Below are positions 16,457-25,247 of a stretch of 32,000 nucleotides of DNA, in pieces. Source of the stretch: Candidatus Electrothrix sp. GW3-4 (GTDB lineage: Bacteria > Desulfobacterota > Desulfobulbia > Desulfobulbales > Desulfobulbaceae). The notes beneath the pieces were generated by a model. The model ran no database searches and was not told where the DNA came from. It worked only from the letters and a program-made list of their open reading frames with translations. The first letter of the stretch is position 1; every line of letters begins with the position of its first letter. Both the position numbers and the translations under genes were made by a program. Location of the stretch: positions 3,930,001-3,962,000 of the forward strand of contig NZ_CP147990.1 of assembly GCF_037902255.1 (NCBI RefSeq), given 5' to 3'.

Positions 16457-16850
16457 CTTATGGGACTCCATTCCCTTAGTTACTCCATAGAGTACAAGAC
16501 CCCGAGGCCAATCCTCGAGTGCTTATGATCTGTGTTTGCAACCCATTTATTCCGCACCCCTCCCCCTAAAAAAGCAAGCATCAAGAGCGCGATCTCGCTT
16601 TTTTCACCCCTGTCATTATTTCACAATTGTCTTTCATTCTTGTGCAAGGGCAACTTGACGCGACCTCACAATAAAGAGCACATCGTAGGACCTTCTTTCA
16701 TCAGGAAAATTAACAGGGTTACATTATAATTGTCTCATCCTTTACAGCAACTCTTTACAATAACGTAGATTCTCAAAAAAGACAAATAACCACTTTTATA
16801 CTTTTCTCTGACAGAGCTGTCAAGTAGGGAAGAGATGAGGAGGAAGAATA

Positions 16851-17564
16851 TCAGCCACGAATTCTTCCGGCCCGGTACAACTCTTTCAAGGAGTGAATAC
16901 CTCCGTCTCGGATTTTTTTCACAAGATATAAAAAGAGATAGGCTGTTTGGAGGGCATCTTCTAATGCATCATGAGGTTTAAAAAGAGGAAGGCCAAATTC
17001 TTTGGTGAGCGCATCAAGGGTATAGGAGGAAGCGTGGTCGTGATGTCCGTAATGATCGATCTTACCACTGTCCTTATAGCGACGGGCGAGCCGCATGGTG
17101 TCAATCCCAGGATTGGACAGGGTCCCGCCCAGGAGCTGACGGGCGGCCTTATTGAGAAAGGACATATCCAGGCCAACAAAATGGCCCACGATCAGGCTGT
17201 TATCGCAGAACTCAATAAAATCAGGCAGGACCTCGGCAGCACTGTCCGCCCTTTTCAGTTCTTCCGGGGTAATCCGGTGGATCAGGGTCGCCTCATTGGG
17301 ATTAATATGCACCGGACGGATGTAGCGATGAAAGGTCTGGTCCAGCTCAATCTGGAGATTGACGATCCGGACAGCGCCAATGGAGATGATCTCGTCTTTC
17401 CGTTTATTCAGACCAGTCAATTCGGTGTCGCAGACCACAAAGCTGTAGTCCGTCAGGGGCGCGCCCTGGTTAAAATGAAGAAACTGCTCTTTGTTTCTGC
17501 GCAGGACAGGATGCGGAGGGTCGAGAGAGAGCATCCTCCTGAGGGGTTTGAGCAAGGAACGCAT
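16851..17564 (-). CDS. DnaQ-like DEDDh 3'-5' exonuclease (stand-alone epsilon-like domain)
   Basis: ExoI FVVCDTELTGL, ExoII GHFVGLDMSFL, ExoIII HDALEDALQTAYLF. The ATG lies 2 nt after the upstream stop (TGATAATG). Confidence 0.85.
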   Translation of the reverse strand: MRSLLKPLRRMLSLDPPHPVLRRNKEQFLHFNQGAPLTDYSFVVCDTELTGLNKRKDEIISIGAVRIVNLQIELDQTFHRYIRPVHINPNEATLIHRITPEELKRADSAAEVLPDFIEFCDNSLIVGHFVGLDMSFLNKAARQLLGGTLSNPGIDTMRLARRYKDSGKIDHYGHHDHASSYTLDALTKEFGLPLFKPHDALEDALQTAYLFLYLVKKIRDGGIHSLKELYRAGRIRG

Positions 17565-17566
17565 TA

Positions 17567-19492
17567 TCAGGGGGTGGGAAACATTGTTTTCAAAACACTG
17601 TGCAAGCGATCAATCACCTCAAAGGCGTCCCGGAGCATTCGTTTTTCCAACTCCGAGAGCTCATCCGGGGCAATATAGTTATCCGGTTCTGCCCCAGCTT
17701 CTATCTGATTAAGCTGATGGATAATACGGAGCTGCATCTGCATCTCATAGGCATCAACGGCCTTGACCCAGAGGGACTCATCAAGAATATTTTCTTTGGC
17801 AAGAACATGGAGACGGGCCAGGGTATTGGTCTCCCGCACCCCATGCCTGAGAGCGAGGATCCTGGCAAAATTGACAAAAGGCGTTATCCCCTGCTGCTTG
17901 ATATCCAGCTTATTCTTATGCTCACCGTTCTTTTCTACGATGAAGTTTCTGAAAAAGGACAGCGGTGTTCTGCCAGACAGGCATTGGTTGGCAAGGTGGA
18001 GCAGGTAAAGCTCCTGTCGCTCAGTCAACTCCATCAAATACTGACGAAGCTCATCAGCAAAGGACACTTTACCGAAGCCAGCCCGGAAGTCAAAAAATAT
18101 CGTAGCATGCAGGAGTTCCTGAGGGTCAGGAGAGGATACCCAGTCCGCGAAATAGCCCTTCCAAACGGAAAGGGGCTGGCACCATTTTGGGTTAACCGCC
18201 ATGATCTCACCCGGACAAAGGGGATACCCGCATTCCACTAAATGATCTATCGCCTTGCGGGCAAGGCGGGCAAAATAGGCCTCAGCCTCCCTGCCCTGCT
18301 GTTCGTTCTTGGGGTCTGCATAGATAATGGCGTTGTCCTGATCGGTTTTAAAGGTCTGCTCCCGTCTCCCCTCAGAGCCCATGATGAGCCAGCAATACGG
18401 GAGCGGCGGCGGGCCCATCTCCTCTTCAAGCAGGGTCAGCAGGCGCTCCAGGATATGATCATTGAGGATGGAGATCATCCGGGAGATATTGCCCGACTTG
18501 GCTCCCTCCTTGATCAGATTACGGATCATTTCGGGAATCTTTTTGGAGAGGGGATAGAGTCCGGCGATCTTTTGCTGTTTGCCGACCTCCTTAAAGAGAG
18601 AATACGGGGATATGCCCTGGATCAGGGTAATATCATGGGAGGTAATGACCCCAACAATCTTTCTCCGTCGTTCCACAGCAAGATGATGAATCGAACAGGA
18701 CATCATCTTGAGCAGGGCATCAAAACAGGTGGACTGGGAGAGCACCGTGGCAAGGGGTGAGGACATGATCTGTCGAACCGGCTCCGTGTACGCCAGGCCG
18801 GGGGCAAGGACCTTTGAGCGCAAGTCCCTATCCGTAACAATGCCGATAATCTCGTCCGCTGCTTCAGGTTGATGAATGAGTAACGAGGCCACACGATGGG
18901 TTGCCATCTGCTGCGCTGCCTGCTGGATAGTACTGTCTACGGAGAGCTTACGAAGAGGTTTTTTGACAATATCACCGACCTGCATGGAAAAAAGGTAGAG
19001 ATTCTCGTCACCCCGGCGGGTCATCTTATGGCGCCGCAGCTCGACATAGGCCGTGTTGACAAATTTTTCCGAGAAGCTTTTCAGATAATACTGAGAGAAA
19101 CCAGGCTGGCTGTTGATCAGGTCAAGAAAGACCGCTTTGGGAAGGAGGAAGCAGAAGGTATCCTCAACGGTCTCCACTTCAAGGTTGGCCTTGGTCCCCC
19201 GGATAATGGCAAGAGCCCCGATATAATCCCCCTCGCCCCGGTAATCCTTGAGGGTGACCTCGCCTTCGTCGTCGATGATAAAGGATTTCACCCCCCCTTG
19301 CTGAATAAAAAAAAGATGGGAGATCTCTGTTTCACCGGCATGGAGCAGCTGCGTCCCTTTGGGAAAGAAATCAACCTTTACATGCCGCGCCATCCGATGC
19401 AGGGTTTCATGGTCAAGCTCTGTAAAGGGCATGATTTTGGCGAAAAAATCAACCACGACTTCAGGGGCCAACGAATGTACATCTGCTGCCAT
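17567..19492 (-). CDS. cNMP-binding + tandem CBS + DUF294 nucleotidyltransferase + DUF294_C protein (COG2905-type)
   Basis: cNMP-binding fold (FPKGTQLLHAGETEISHLFFIQQGGV...GEGDYIGALAII), a CBS pair (IVTDRDL; VGVITSHDI), and the pol-beta NTase motif GSEGRREQTFKTDQDNA, followed by a helical C-terminal domain. Confidence 0.85.
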   Translation of the reverse strand: MAADVHSLAPEVVVDFFAKIMPFTELDHETLHRMARHVKVDFFPKGTQLLHAGETEISHLFFIQQGGVKSFIIDDEGEVTLKDYRGEGDYIGALAIIRGTKANLEVETVEDTFCFLLPKAVFLDLINSQPGFSQYYLKSFSEKFVNTAYVELRRHKMTRRGDENLYLFSMQVGDIVKKPLRKLSVDSTIQQAAQQMATHRVASLLIHQPEAADEIIGIVTDRDLRSKVLAPGLAYTEPVRQIMSSPLATVLSQSTCFDALLKMMSCSIHHLAVERRRKIVGVITSHDITLIQGISPYSLFKEVGKQQKIAGLYPLSKKIPEMIRNLIKEGAKSGNISRMISILNDHILERLLTLLEEEMGPPPLPYCWLIMGSEGRREQTFKTDQDNAIIYADPKNEQQGREAEAYFARLARKAIDHLVECGYPLCPGEIMAVNPKWCQPLSVWKGYFADWVSSPDPQELLHATIFFDFRAGFGKVSFADELRQYLMELTERQELYLLHLANQCLSGRTPLSFFRNFIVEKNGEHKNKLDIKQQGITPFVNFARILALRHGVRETNTLARLHVLAKENILDESLWVKAVDAYEMQMQLRIIHQLNQIEAGAEPDNYIAPDELSELEKRMLRDAFEVIDRLHSVLKTMFPTP

Positions 19493-19545
19493 CGCTTTCT
19501 CTGTCCAGTGTATTGCTTGTCGATCTTTTCAGTCAGGATCCTTTC

Positions 19546-20403
19546 TTACCGGAAGAACGTAAAATAAATATAGGCACCGTGCCCGGCCAAAACAAGCACG
19601 GGGAATACAAGCTGGAGAAAAGCACGCCCCAACGGGGTGGATTGTACTGCGCCTTGTCTATCGATTTTGGGCGAGCCAGGCAGGCTATCCAAAAGAACTG
19701 CCTTCTCCGGGTTATCTTGCAGATAGAGCAGGCTCTCTTCACGATCGTCTTGGAGCAAGGCAACCTTATGCGTCTTCTCGACAACCTCGAATCGCCTGCC
19801 GCTTCTGTCTTGAAAGGCAAAGGTGAATTTATAGACCCTCTGTTCGTTGATCGTTGTGTTTGTCGCCTCTTTTGTGAGGAGCTTCCCTTTCGTAGGGATG
19901 CCCTGCTGGAGAAGCTTGGCGACCCGGAGGGCCTTTGCCAGCCCAAAGAGAAGAAACACCAACCCGACCAACGGAAAAATGAGAACCAGCAAGGCCGCAG
20001 GCCCAAACATCCTTCTTCGCATCCCCTGTATCCGCGAATAATAGGGTCTCCCTTCAGGATACTCGACAGTGACCTCAGCGCCCTCTCTCAACCATTTTCC
20101 TGTTACATAGGAAAAATCTTGTATCCTTTTCCCGTTTGCATCAACAAAGGTATAATGATTTTCGTAAATCGATTCCTCATTCTCGGATGCATTTGTTTCC
20201 CGAGACTCGGTTATGACGCCCTGAACAGTAACGCGTTCCCCGGAAAAAAGGAGAAAGGACATATCAGCATTGCAGGCGAAGAGCCAAAAGAAGATCATAC
20301 CAAAGCCAAAGAATATCCAGCCAAACTGATTGGCAAAGCCTCCAAAAAAGACGTTGATCCAAACAGAGACCGGGATGGCCCTTTTCCGACCGTTCAAATA
20401 CAT
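19546..20403 (-). CDS. Membrane protein with two DUF3592-like modules
   Basis: The pattern TM helix + beta-rich segment (VQGVITESRE...; TKGKLLTKEAT...YKFTFAFQD) occurs twice. Family call from recall. Confidence 0.55.
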   Translation of the reverse strand: MYLNGRKRAIPVSVWINVFFGGFANQFGWIFFGFGMIFFWLFACNADMSFLLFSGERVTVQGVITESRETNASENEESIYENHYTFVDANGKRIQDFSYVTGKWLREGAEVTVEYPEGRPYYSRIQGMRRRMFGPAALLVLIFPLVGLVFLLFGLAKALRVAKLLQQGIPTKGKLLTKEATNTTINEQRVYKFTFAFQDRSGRRFEVVEKTHKVALLQDDREESLLYLQDNPEKAVLLDSLPGSPKIDRQGAVQSTPLGRAFLQLVFPVLVLAGHGAYIYFTFFR

Positions 20404-20499
20404 GGCAAAAAGGATAAGGGGATGAGTCTTCGTATGAGTTTAGGTTGAGTACGCTCTCCTGCCATTCATGAGCAGAGGAAGCAATCGGGGCGGATAAAA

Positions 20500-21471
20500 C
20501 TAATCAGAGTTTTCTTCTTGTTTTCCTTTTTTCCGTTGTCCTCCCTTTTTGCCACCCTTTGCCTTGCCGCCTTTTTGGGGCACTTGACGGCTCACCGGGG
20601 TTGCTGCCCGCCACTGCTCCTCGGTCATTAACAATTCGCCGTCCTCGCGAGAGACAGCCAAAACCGTCCCTTGCAGGGCAAAGATACGCACCACCCGATA
20701 GACAGTCCCTTCATAATTCAGCAGGCGACCAACACGGGGCATTTCCCGCTTAATGGTCTTGTAGTTATCAAATTCATAGGTCAGGCAACAGAGCAGCCGA
20801 TTGCAGACCCCGGAAATCTTGGCCGGGTTCAGGGGCAGATCCTGGGTCTTGGCCATCTTGATGGAGACAGAATCAAACTTCTGTAAAAACGAAGTGCAGC
20901 ATAACTCCCGGCCACAGGCCCCAATGCCGCCGGTCATCTTAGTCTCGTGCCGGACGCCGATCTGGCGCATTTCCACCCTGGTCCTGAATTCCTGTACCAG
21001 ATCTTTGACCAGTTCCCGAAAATCCACCCGATTTTCTGCGGTGAAATAAAAGATCACCTTGGAACCGTTAAAAAAACGCTCCGCCCGGACCAGATGCATG
21101 GATAACGAATGTTTTTTTATACATTTCCGGCAAAAAGAGGCGGCCTGTTTCTCCAGGGCGGGCAGGGTCTCGTATTTTTTCTTCTCCTCAGCAGTGACAC
21201 GCCGGAGAATCTTGTAGGAAAAGCCCCTCTTGATATTTGGGTCTGTTCCCCCTGATGTCCGACTGATAACTATCACCGGCTCAAGGCAATGCTCTGTCTC
21301 CGCCATCACAACATCACCCTTACCCAGCTCAGGCTCTGTGCTCAGGGCAGTGTATTCCTGCCCTAGCTCACGAAAACGAACACGGTAATATGTTTTTTTC
21401 TCTGAACAATCGGCATCTGCTTCCTTCCTGAAAAACGGCTCAACAGACTGTGGTTCTTTGTTTTCCGTCAT
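20500..21471 (-). CDS. ricT: PSP1 domain protein (RicT/YaaT-like)
   Basis: PSP1 C-terminal domain with the Cys cluster GACGRELCCTSFL...GVCNRLLCCLTYE. Canonical position downstream of holB. Lys/Gly-rich C-terminal tail. Confidence 0.85.
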   Translation of the reverse strand: MTENKEPQSVEPFFRKEADADCSEKKTYYRVRFRELGQEYTALSTEPELGKGDVVMAETEHCLEPVIVISRTSGGTDPNIKRGFSYKILRRVTAEEKKKYETLPALEKQAASFCRKCIKKHSLSMHLVRAERFFNGSKVIFYFTAENRVDFRELVKDLVQEFRTRVEMRQIGVRHETKMTGGIGACGRELCCTSFLQKFDSVSIKMAKTQDLPLNPAKISGVCNRLLCCLTYEFDNYKTIKREMPRVGRLLNYEGTVYRVVRIFALQGTVLAVSREDGELLMTEEQWRAATPVSRQVPQKGGKAKGGKKGGQRKKGKQEENSD

Positions 21472-21567
21472 ATATAACTCACCAGGTATATCCCGGCAGA
21501 TCTTTTTTTAGAATGAGTGACTAATGTTTTGTCACAGGATGCCCCCAGCTAACGACGTGTTCCTTGT

Positions 21568-22542
21568 TCAAGAAAAAAGTTCCAGCAAAAGCACCTCACA
21601 CACCAAGGCACGATTACAGTTCCTCGCCAGCTGACGACGAGCGGCGTCAACAGCGTCCACCATAGCAGAAAGACGTTGCAAATTCCAGCCTTCTCTTCTT
21701 GCAGAGGGAAGGCCCGAGACAGCCTGTTTTTCTCCGCTGAGCCGGGTGATCATATCTTCTTTCAAAGAGAGGGCCAGGAGATCAAAGAGTTGATCCAGCC
21801 CTTCCTTGAGTTCCGCAAGACGACGGGCAAGAGAGAGGGCCAGCTCCAGCGCTTCTGCCTGATTCCCCTGATCTGCGAACAAGGCCTGGGTACATTCCTT
21901 GTGTAGGAGCAGGACCTCATCATTATACAAGGTCCCGGCCTGCCCCGGACATCCTCCGGTCAGCCGGGCCATTGCCTCCGCCTCATCAGCACTAAAGTCC
22001 GGATGATGACGCTGAATAATGGCAACGGCCTGCTCTACGGGCAAGGCCTGAAAGGGAATAACCTGGCATCTGGAGATAATGGTCTCCAGGAGGGGCTCAG
22101 AATCTGCTGCCACCAGGAGCAGGAGATTATGCGGAGGGGGTTCTTCCAGAATCTTGAGCAGACTATTGCCTGCTTCCCTCCCCATAGTCTGCGTATCTTC
22201 AATGATGACAATCCGCATCTCTGCTTCAAAAGGAGGGAAGGACAGGCTTTTTTTCAGCTCGCGGATTTGCTGGATCTTAATCCCGGCCCCTTCCGGCCTG
22301 ATGATCAGCAAGTCAGGATGATTGCCTGAGACGAATTTTACGCAACCGCCACAATGACCGCAAGGGGAGCCAGTCTGCGCTGTCTGACAGAAGAGGCTGG
22401 CTGCCAAGGCACGGGCCGTTGTGCCCTTGCCCACCCCCTCAGGACCGACAAAGAGGTAACCATGCGCCAGTCGATTACCCTTGAGGGCACGACTCAGGAG
22501 CTTAACCGCCTTAGCTTGGCCAATAATTGCAGAAAAAGGCAT
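21568..22542 (-). CDS. holB: DNA polymerase III subunit delta'
   Basis: AHGYLFVGPEGVGKGTTA P-loop-like motif, zinc module CGHCGGC, NSLLKILEEPP and SRCQ sensor motifs. Confidence 0.9.
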   Translation of the reverse strand: MPFSAIIGQAKAVKLLSRALKGNRLAHGYLFVGPEGVGKGTTARALAASLFCQTAQTGSPCGHCGGCVKFVSGNHPDLLIIRPEGAGIKIQQIRELKKSLSFPPFEAEMRIVIIEDTQTMGREAGNSLLKILEEPPPHNLLLLVAADSEPLLETIISRCQVIPFQALPVEQAVAIIQRHHPDFSADEAEAMARLTGGCPGQAGTLYNDEVLLLHKECTQALFADQGNQAEALELALSLARRLAELKEGLDQLFDLLALSLKEDMITRLSGEKQAVSGLPSARREGWNLQRLSAMVDAVDAARRQLARNCNRALVCEVLLLELFS

Positions 22543-22545
22543 ACC

Positions 22546-23658
22546 TCAACCCAACCGGACCAGAACCTTGCAGTTTTCCCGAAAGATCTTATCTGGGTTT
22601 TGCATGAAGTCTGCCAACTCCCTCGGGCCGTCCAAGACCGTGGTCACGACTTCGTGTAAAGGCACCTTGCCTTCCCGGTACAGACGCAGGATATCGCTAA
22701 AGGCCCCGCAGAGATGCCCTCTGGAGCCGATGAGCTGGACGGCATTGGTGATCATATGATCCATAGCATCCAAGGTGAGCGGCATTCCGCTTCGTGCCAG
22801 AAAGGCGATGCGACCATTGGCATTGACCTGACGAAAGACCTTATTCACATTTTCCAGGAAACCAGAGGCTTCAATCACCACATCCACACCAGGAGGGGGA
22901 GCAGCAAAAAATTCCTCTGGGCTGTAGACATAATCACTCCATTTGCCAGCGAACTGGCGACGAAAGGGGATGGGCTCGACAATATGCACGGAAGAGGCCC
23001 CGAAGATCAGCTTACTGAACATGGCCGCAAACAGGCCGATCGGGCCAGCCCCGAAAATGACCACCGCGTCCCCGCCCTTGATATGGGTATTCTGACAAGC
23101 CACATAGGCGACACCGGCAGGTTCCACACAGGCTATACTTTGCAGATCCTGATCACTCTTTACCAAATCAGTGACATCATGGGCCAGCATGGCGACGATA
23201 TCCACAGTTTCCCCAAAGATGCCGTCTTCTTCCAGTCCCAATAATTTGGCATTGCGACACTGGTTAAACTGCCCTTTCCGGCAGACATCGCAATAATGAC
23301 AGACAATGATGGATTCAAAGGTCACAATGGCTCCGACGTGGAGATGGCGGACATGAGCACCTGTTTCCAGGATTCTCCCCACCCCTTCATGACCGATAAC
23401 CCTTCCCTCTGCCGGGATTTCGGCAGGAGCTGAACTTCGAATGTAGCCGGTTTCAGGAATAGATTCAACCACATGGACATCTGTACCACAGATACCGGCA
23501 TAGAGCATCTGCACCCTGATCTTATCAGGATCCAGCTCCTGCAACGTCCTTGTCTCGACAGCAATCTGCGGATTTTTATAGAGCTGATGTGGGCCGGGAT
23601 CGGCAACACCCACCATAGGGGCTCTTTCCGCATGAACGACGACAACCTCTGTTTCCAT
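22546..23658 (-). CDS. Zn-dependent medium-chain alcohol/polyol dehydrogenase (threonine/sorbitol dehydrogenase-like)
   Basis: CGTDVH and GHEGVGRI catalytic-Zn motifs, structural Zn CHYCDVCRKGQFNQC, Rossmann VIFGAGPIGL. Start at the ATG at 23658 (METEVVVV) with AAGAGG upstream. The track ORF extends an unlikely 98 extra codons. Confidence 0.85.
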   Translation of the reverse strand: METEVVVVHAERAPMVGVADPGPHQLYKNPQIAVETRTLQELDPDKIRVQMLYAGICGTDVHVVESIPETGYIRSSAPAEIPAEGRVIGHEGVGRILETGAHVRHLHVGAIVTFESIIVCHYCDVCRKGQFNQCRNAKLLGLEEDGIFGETVDIVAMLAHDVTDLVKSDQDLQSIACVEPAGVAYVACQNTHIKGGDAVVIFGAGPIGLFAAMFSKLIFGASSVHIVEPIPFRRQFAGKWSDYVYSPEEFFAAPPPGVDVVIEASGFLENVNKVFRQVNANGRIAFLARSGMPLTLDAMDHMITNAVQLIGSRGHLCGAFSDILRLYREGKVPLHEVVTTVLDGPRELADFMQNPDKIFRENCKVLVRLG

Positions 23659-23975
23659 ACAGTTACCTCTTGTTTTCAGCAATCTTGCGGCTGCGCTTGG
23701 CCCTTGCTTCTCAGGGATTCCCCATGCTGCCAGAATTTCCTTCCAGGCGGCAATGGAGAGCATAGTGTACCTTACCAGCAACAATAATGTTAGATTTTTT
23801 TCCCTTCTTACCGCCCCTGTCTGCCAACTCTGCGTAACCCTGTTCGAGAATACAGGGCAGGCAGCGAGCCTCTCCTTGCCTGCTGAACACTTTACATTTA
23901 GCGAAAAAACGAATACTTTCCGGTTACCTTTAAAAAATTCCCCCTGAATCATGCTTGCTCATATTCCGCAAAACT

Positions 23976-25247
23976 ATGAAGAACGACTCTGCCATTATTG
24001 AGTATTCACTCCAAGAAGCCCATGCCGCCATTGCGGCCGAACTCAGGCCCCTGGAGCAGGAGCTGCTGCCGTTACCCCAGGCCCTGGGACGCATCAATGC
24101 CACCTCCATCTTTGCCAGCCACCCCAAACCTTCCTACACCCAGGCGACCCGGGACGGCTTTGCCCTGGCTGAACAGCCCCATGTCCTTGCGGAATCCATT
24201 GCCGAATTTTATATACGTGGTGAACGAGCAGCCGGTTGCACAGAGCAGCAGGAGATCCAACCAGGACAGGCATATCGGATCATGACCGGGGCCATGCTTC
24301 CCGGCAATACTGCCCGGGTTGTACCCTTGGAGATCTGCCGGGAAAAAGGGACCAAGCTCTCCGTATCAAGAGAGGCCTTAAGCAAAAAACAGTTGTACAT
24401 CCGCCCACAGGGTCAGGATATCCAACAAGGACAGTGTCTGGTTGCTAGCGAAACCCAACTCGGTCCTGATCAGCTCCTTCTTCTGGCAGAAAACGGTGAG
24501 CAGCAGCTCCGGGTGTATCGCCGCCCCAGGGTGGCAGTGATCTGCACGGGCAACGAACTGATCCAGAGCGGGAAGAGGCCCCTTCCTGGCCAAAAGGTCT
24601 CCACCAATGGGATCCTCTTGGCTTCGCTGCTCCAGGAACAGCATTGTGACCTTGTCCGCTCCATCACGGCAAAGGATAACCTGGATGCCATTGTCGAGCA
24701 GCTCAAAAGCATCTTCGTTCAGGACAAACCCGACCTAGTGATCAGCACGGGCGGGACTGGGCCGGGAAAATTTGACCTGATGGATCAAGTTGTTGCCTGT
24801 CTTGGCGGCAACCCACTCTATAATCTCCTGAAAATCCGCCCCGGCAAATCCACCCTATTCGCCATGATCGGTAGCACCCCCCTCTTTGCCCTGCCTGGTC
24901 CACCGCCTGCGGTGCGCCTCCTCTTTTATGAGCTGATTCTTCCAGGCCTCCATCGTCTCCAAGGCCTGGCAAACCACGACCTCGCCTCCTGTGGTCTGGT
25001 GGATGCCTTGCTGACAGAACCAGTGCGTCTCCGCCAAACCGGCCATCTTGCCCTAAAGACGGCCATCGTGACCGTATGCGATGGGTACGTACGGGTTCGT
25101 CCCACCAAGCGACTTGAACCCATGAATGCAATCATGCATCTTGCCTGCACAGCGGACGGGAAAGCTGGACATGGAGAGATAGGAAGGCATCAGCAGGTGA
25201 AGGTGCGGCTGGTCGGTCCCCTTGCCAGCAGCAAACAGCATCAATAA
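23976..25247 (+). CDS. moeA: Molybdopterin molybdotransferase MoeA
   Basis: SLQEAHAAIAAEL...SHPKPSYTQATRDGFAL, the MoCF-binding domain VAVICTGNEL...VISTGGTGPGKFD, and LPGPP. The first ATG is at 23976; the track ORF starts at a TTG at 23955. Confidence 0.85.
   Translation: MKNDSAIIEYSLQEAHAAIAAELRPLEQELLPLPQALGRINATSIFASHPKPSYTQATRDGFALAEQPHVLAESIAEFYIRGERAAGCTEQQEIQPGQAYRIMTGAMLPGNTARVVPLEICREKGTKLSVSREALSKKQLYIRPQGQDIQQGQCLVASETQLGPDQLLLLAENGEQQLRVYRRPRVAVICTGNELIQSGKRPLPGQKVSTNGILLASLLQEQHCDLVRSITAKDNLDAIVEQLKSIFVQDKPDLVISTGGTGPGKFDLMDQVVACLGGNPLYNLLKIRPGKSTLFAMIGSTPLFALPGPPPAVRLLFYELILPGLHRLQGLANHDLASCGLVDALLTEPVRLRQTGHLALKTAIVTVCDGYVRVRPTKRLEPMNAIMHLACTADGKAGHGEIGRHQQVKVRLVGPLASSKQHQ

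Noticed and set aside
16575-16606. Terminator-like element AAAAAAGC...AGCGCGATCTCGCTTTTTT downstream of the exonuclease gene
   Set aside because: Only a 4-bp stem (AGCG/CGCT) can be drawn. That is too weak to call a terminator on either strand.
16408-16850. Sigma-54 (-24/-12) promoter for the symporter operon
   Set aside because: I scanned the minus strand for GG-N10-GC in a TGGCAC-N5-TTGC context, checking every GCAA on the plus strand. No acceptable match was found.
16971-20448. Several 170-310-aa plus-strand ORFs (16971-17678, 17600-18241, 18242-18760, 18896-19567, 19513-20448)
   Set aside because: All are antisense to minus-strand genes with clear domain motifs (exonuclease, cNMP-CBS-DUF294, DUF3592-like). 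Their translations are compositionally biased and lack motifs.
23659-23975. Possible Moco riboswitch or other structured leader upstream of moeA
   Set aside because: The 317-bp divergent intergenic region has some inverted repeats (CCCTGT/ACAGGG; GCAGGCA/TGCCTGC). I cannot match the conserved Moco-motif nucleotides from memory. A covariance-model scan with the Rfam Moco_RNA_motif would be needed, so no feature is claimed.
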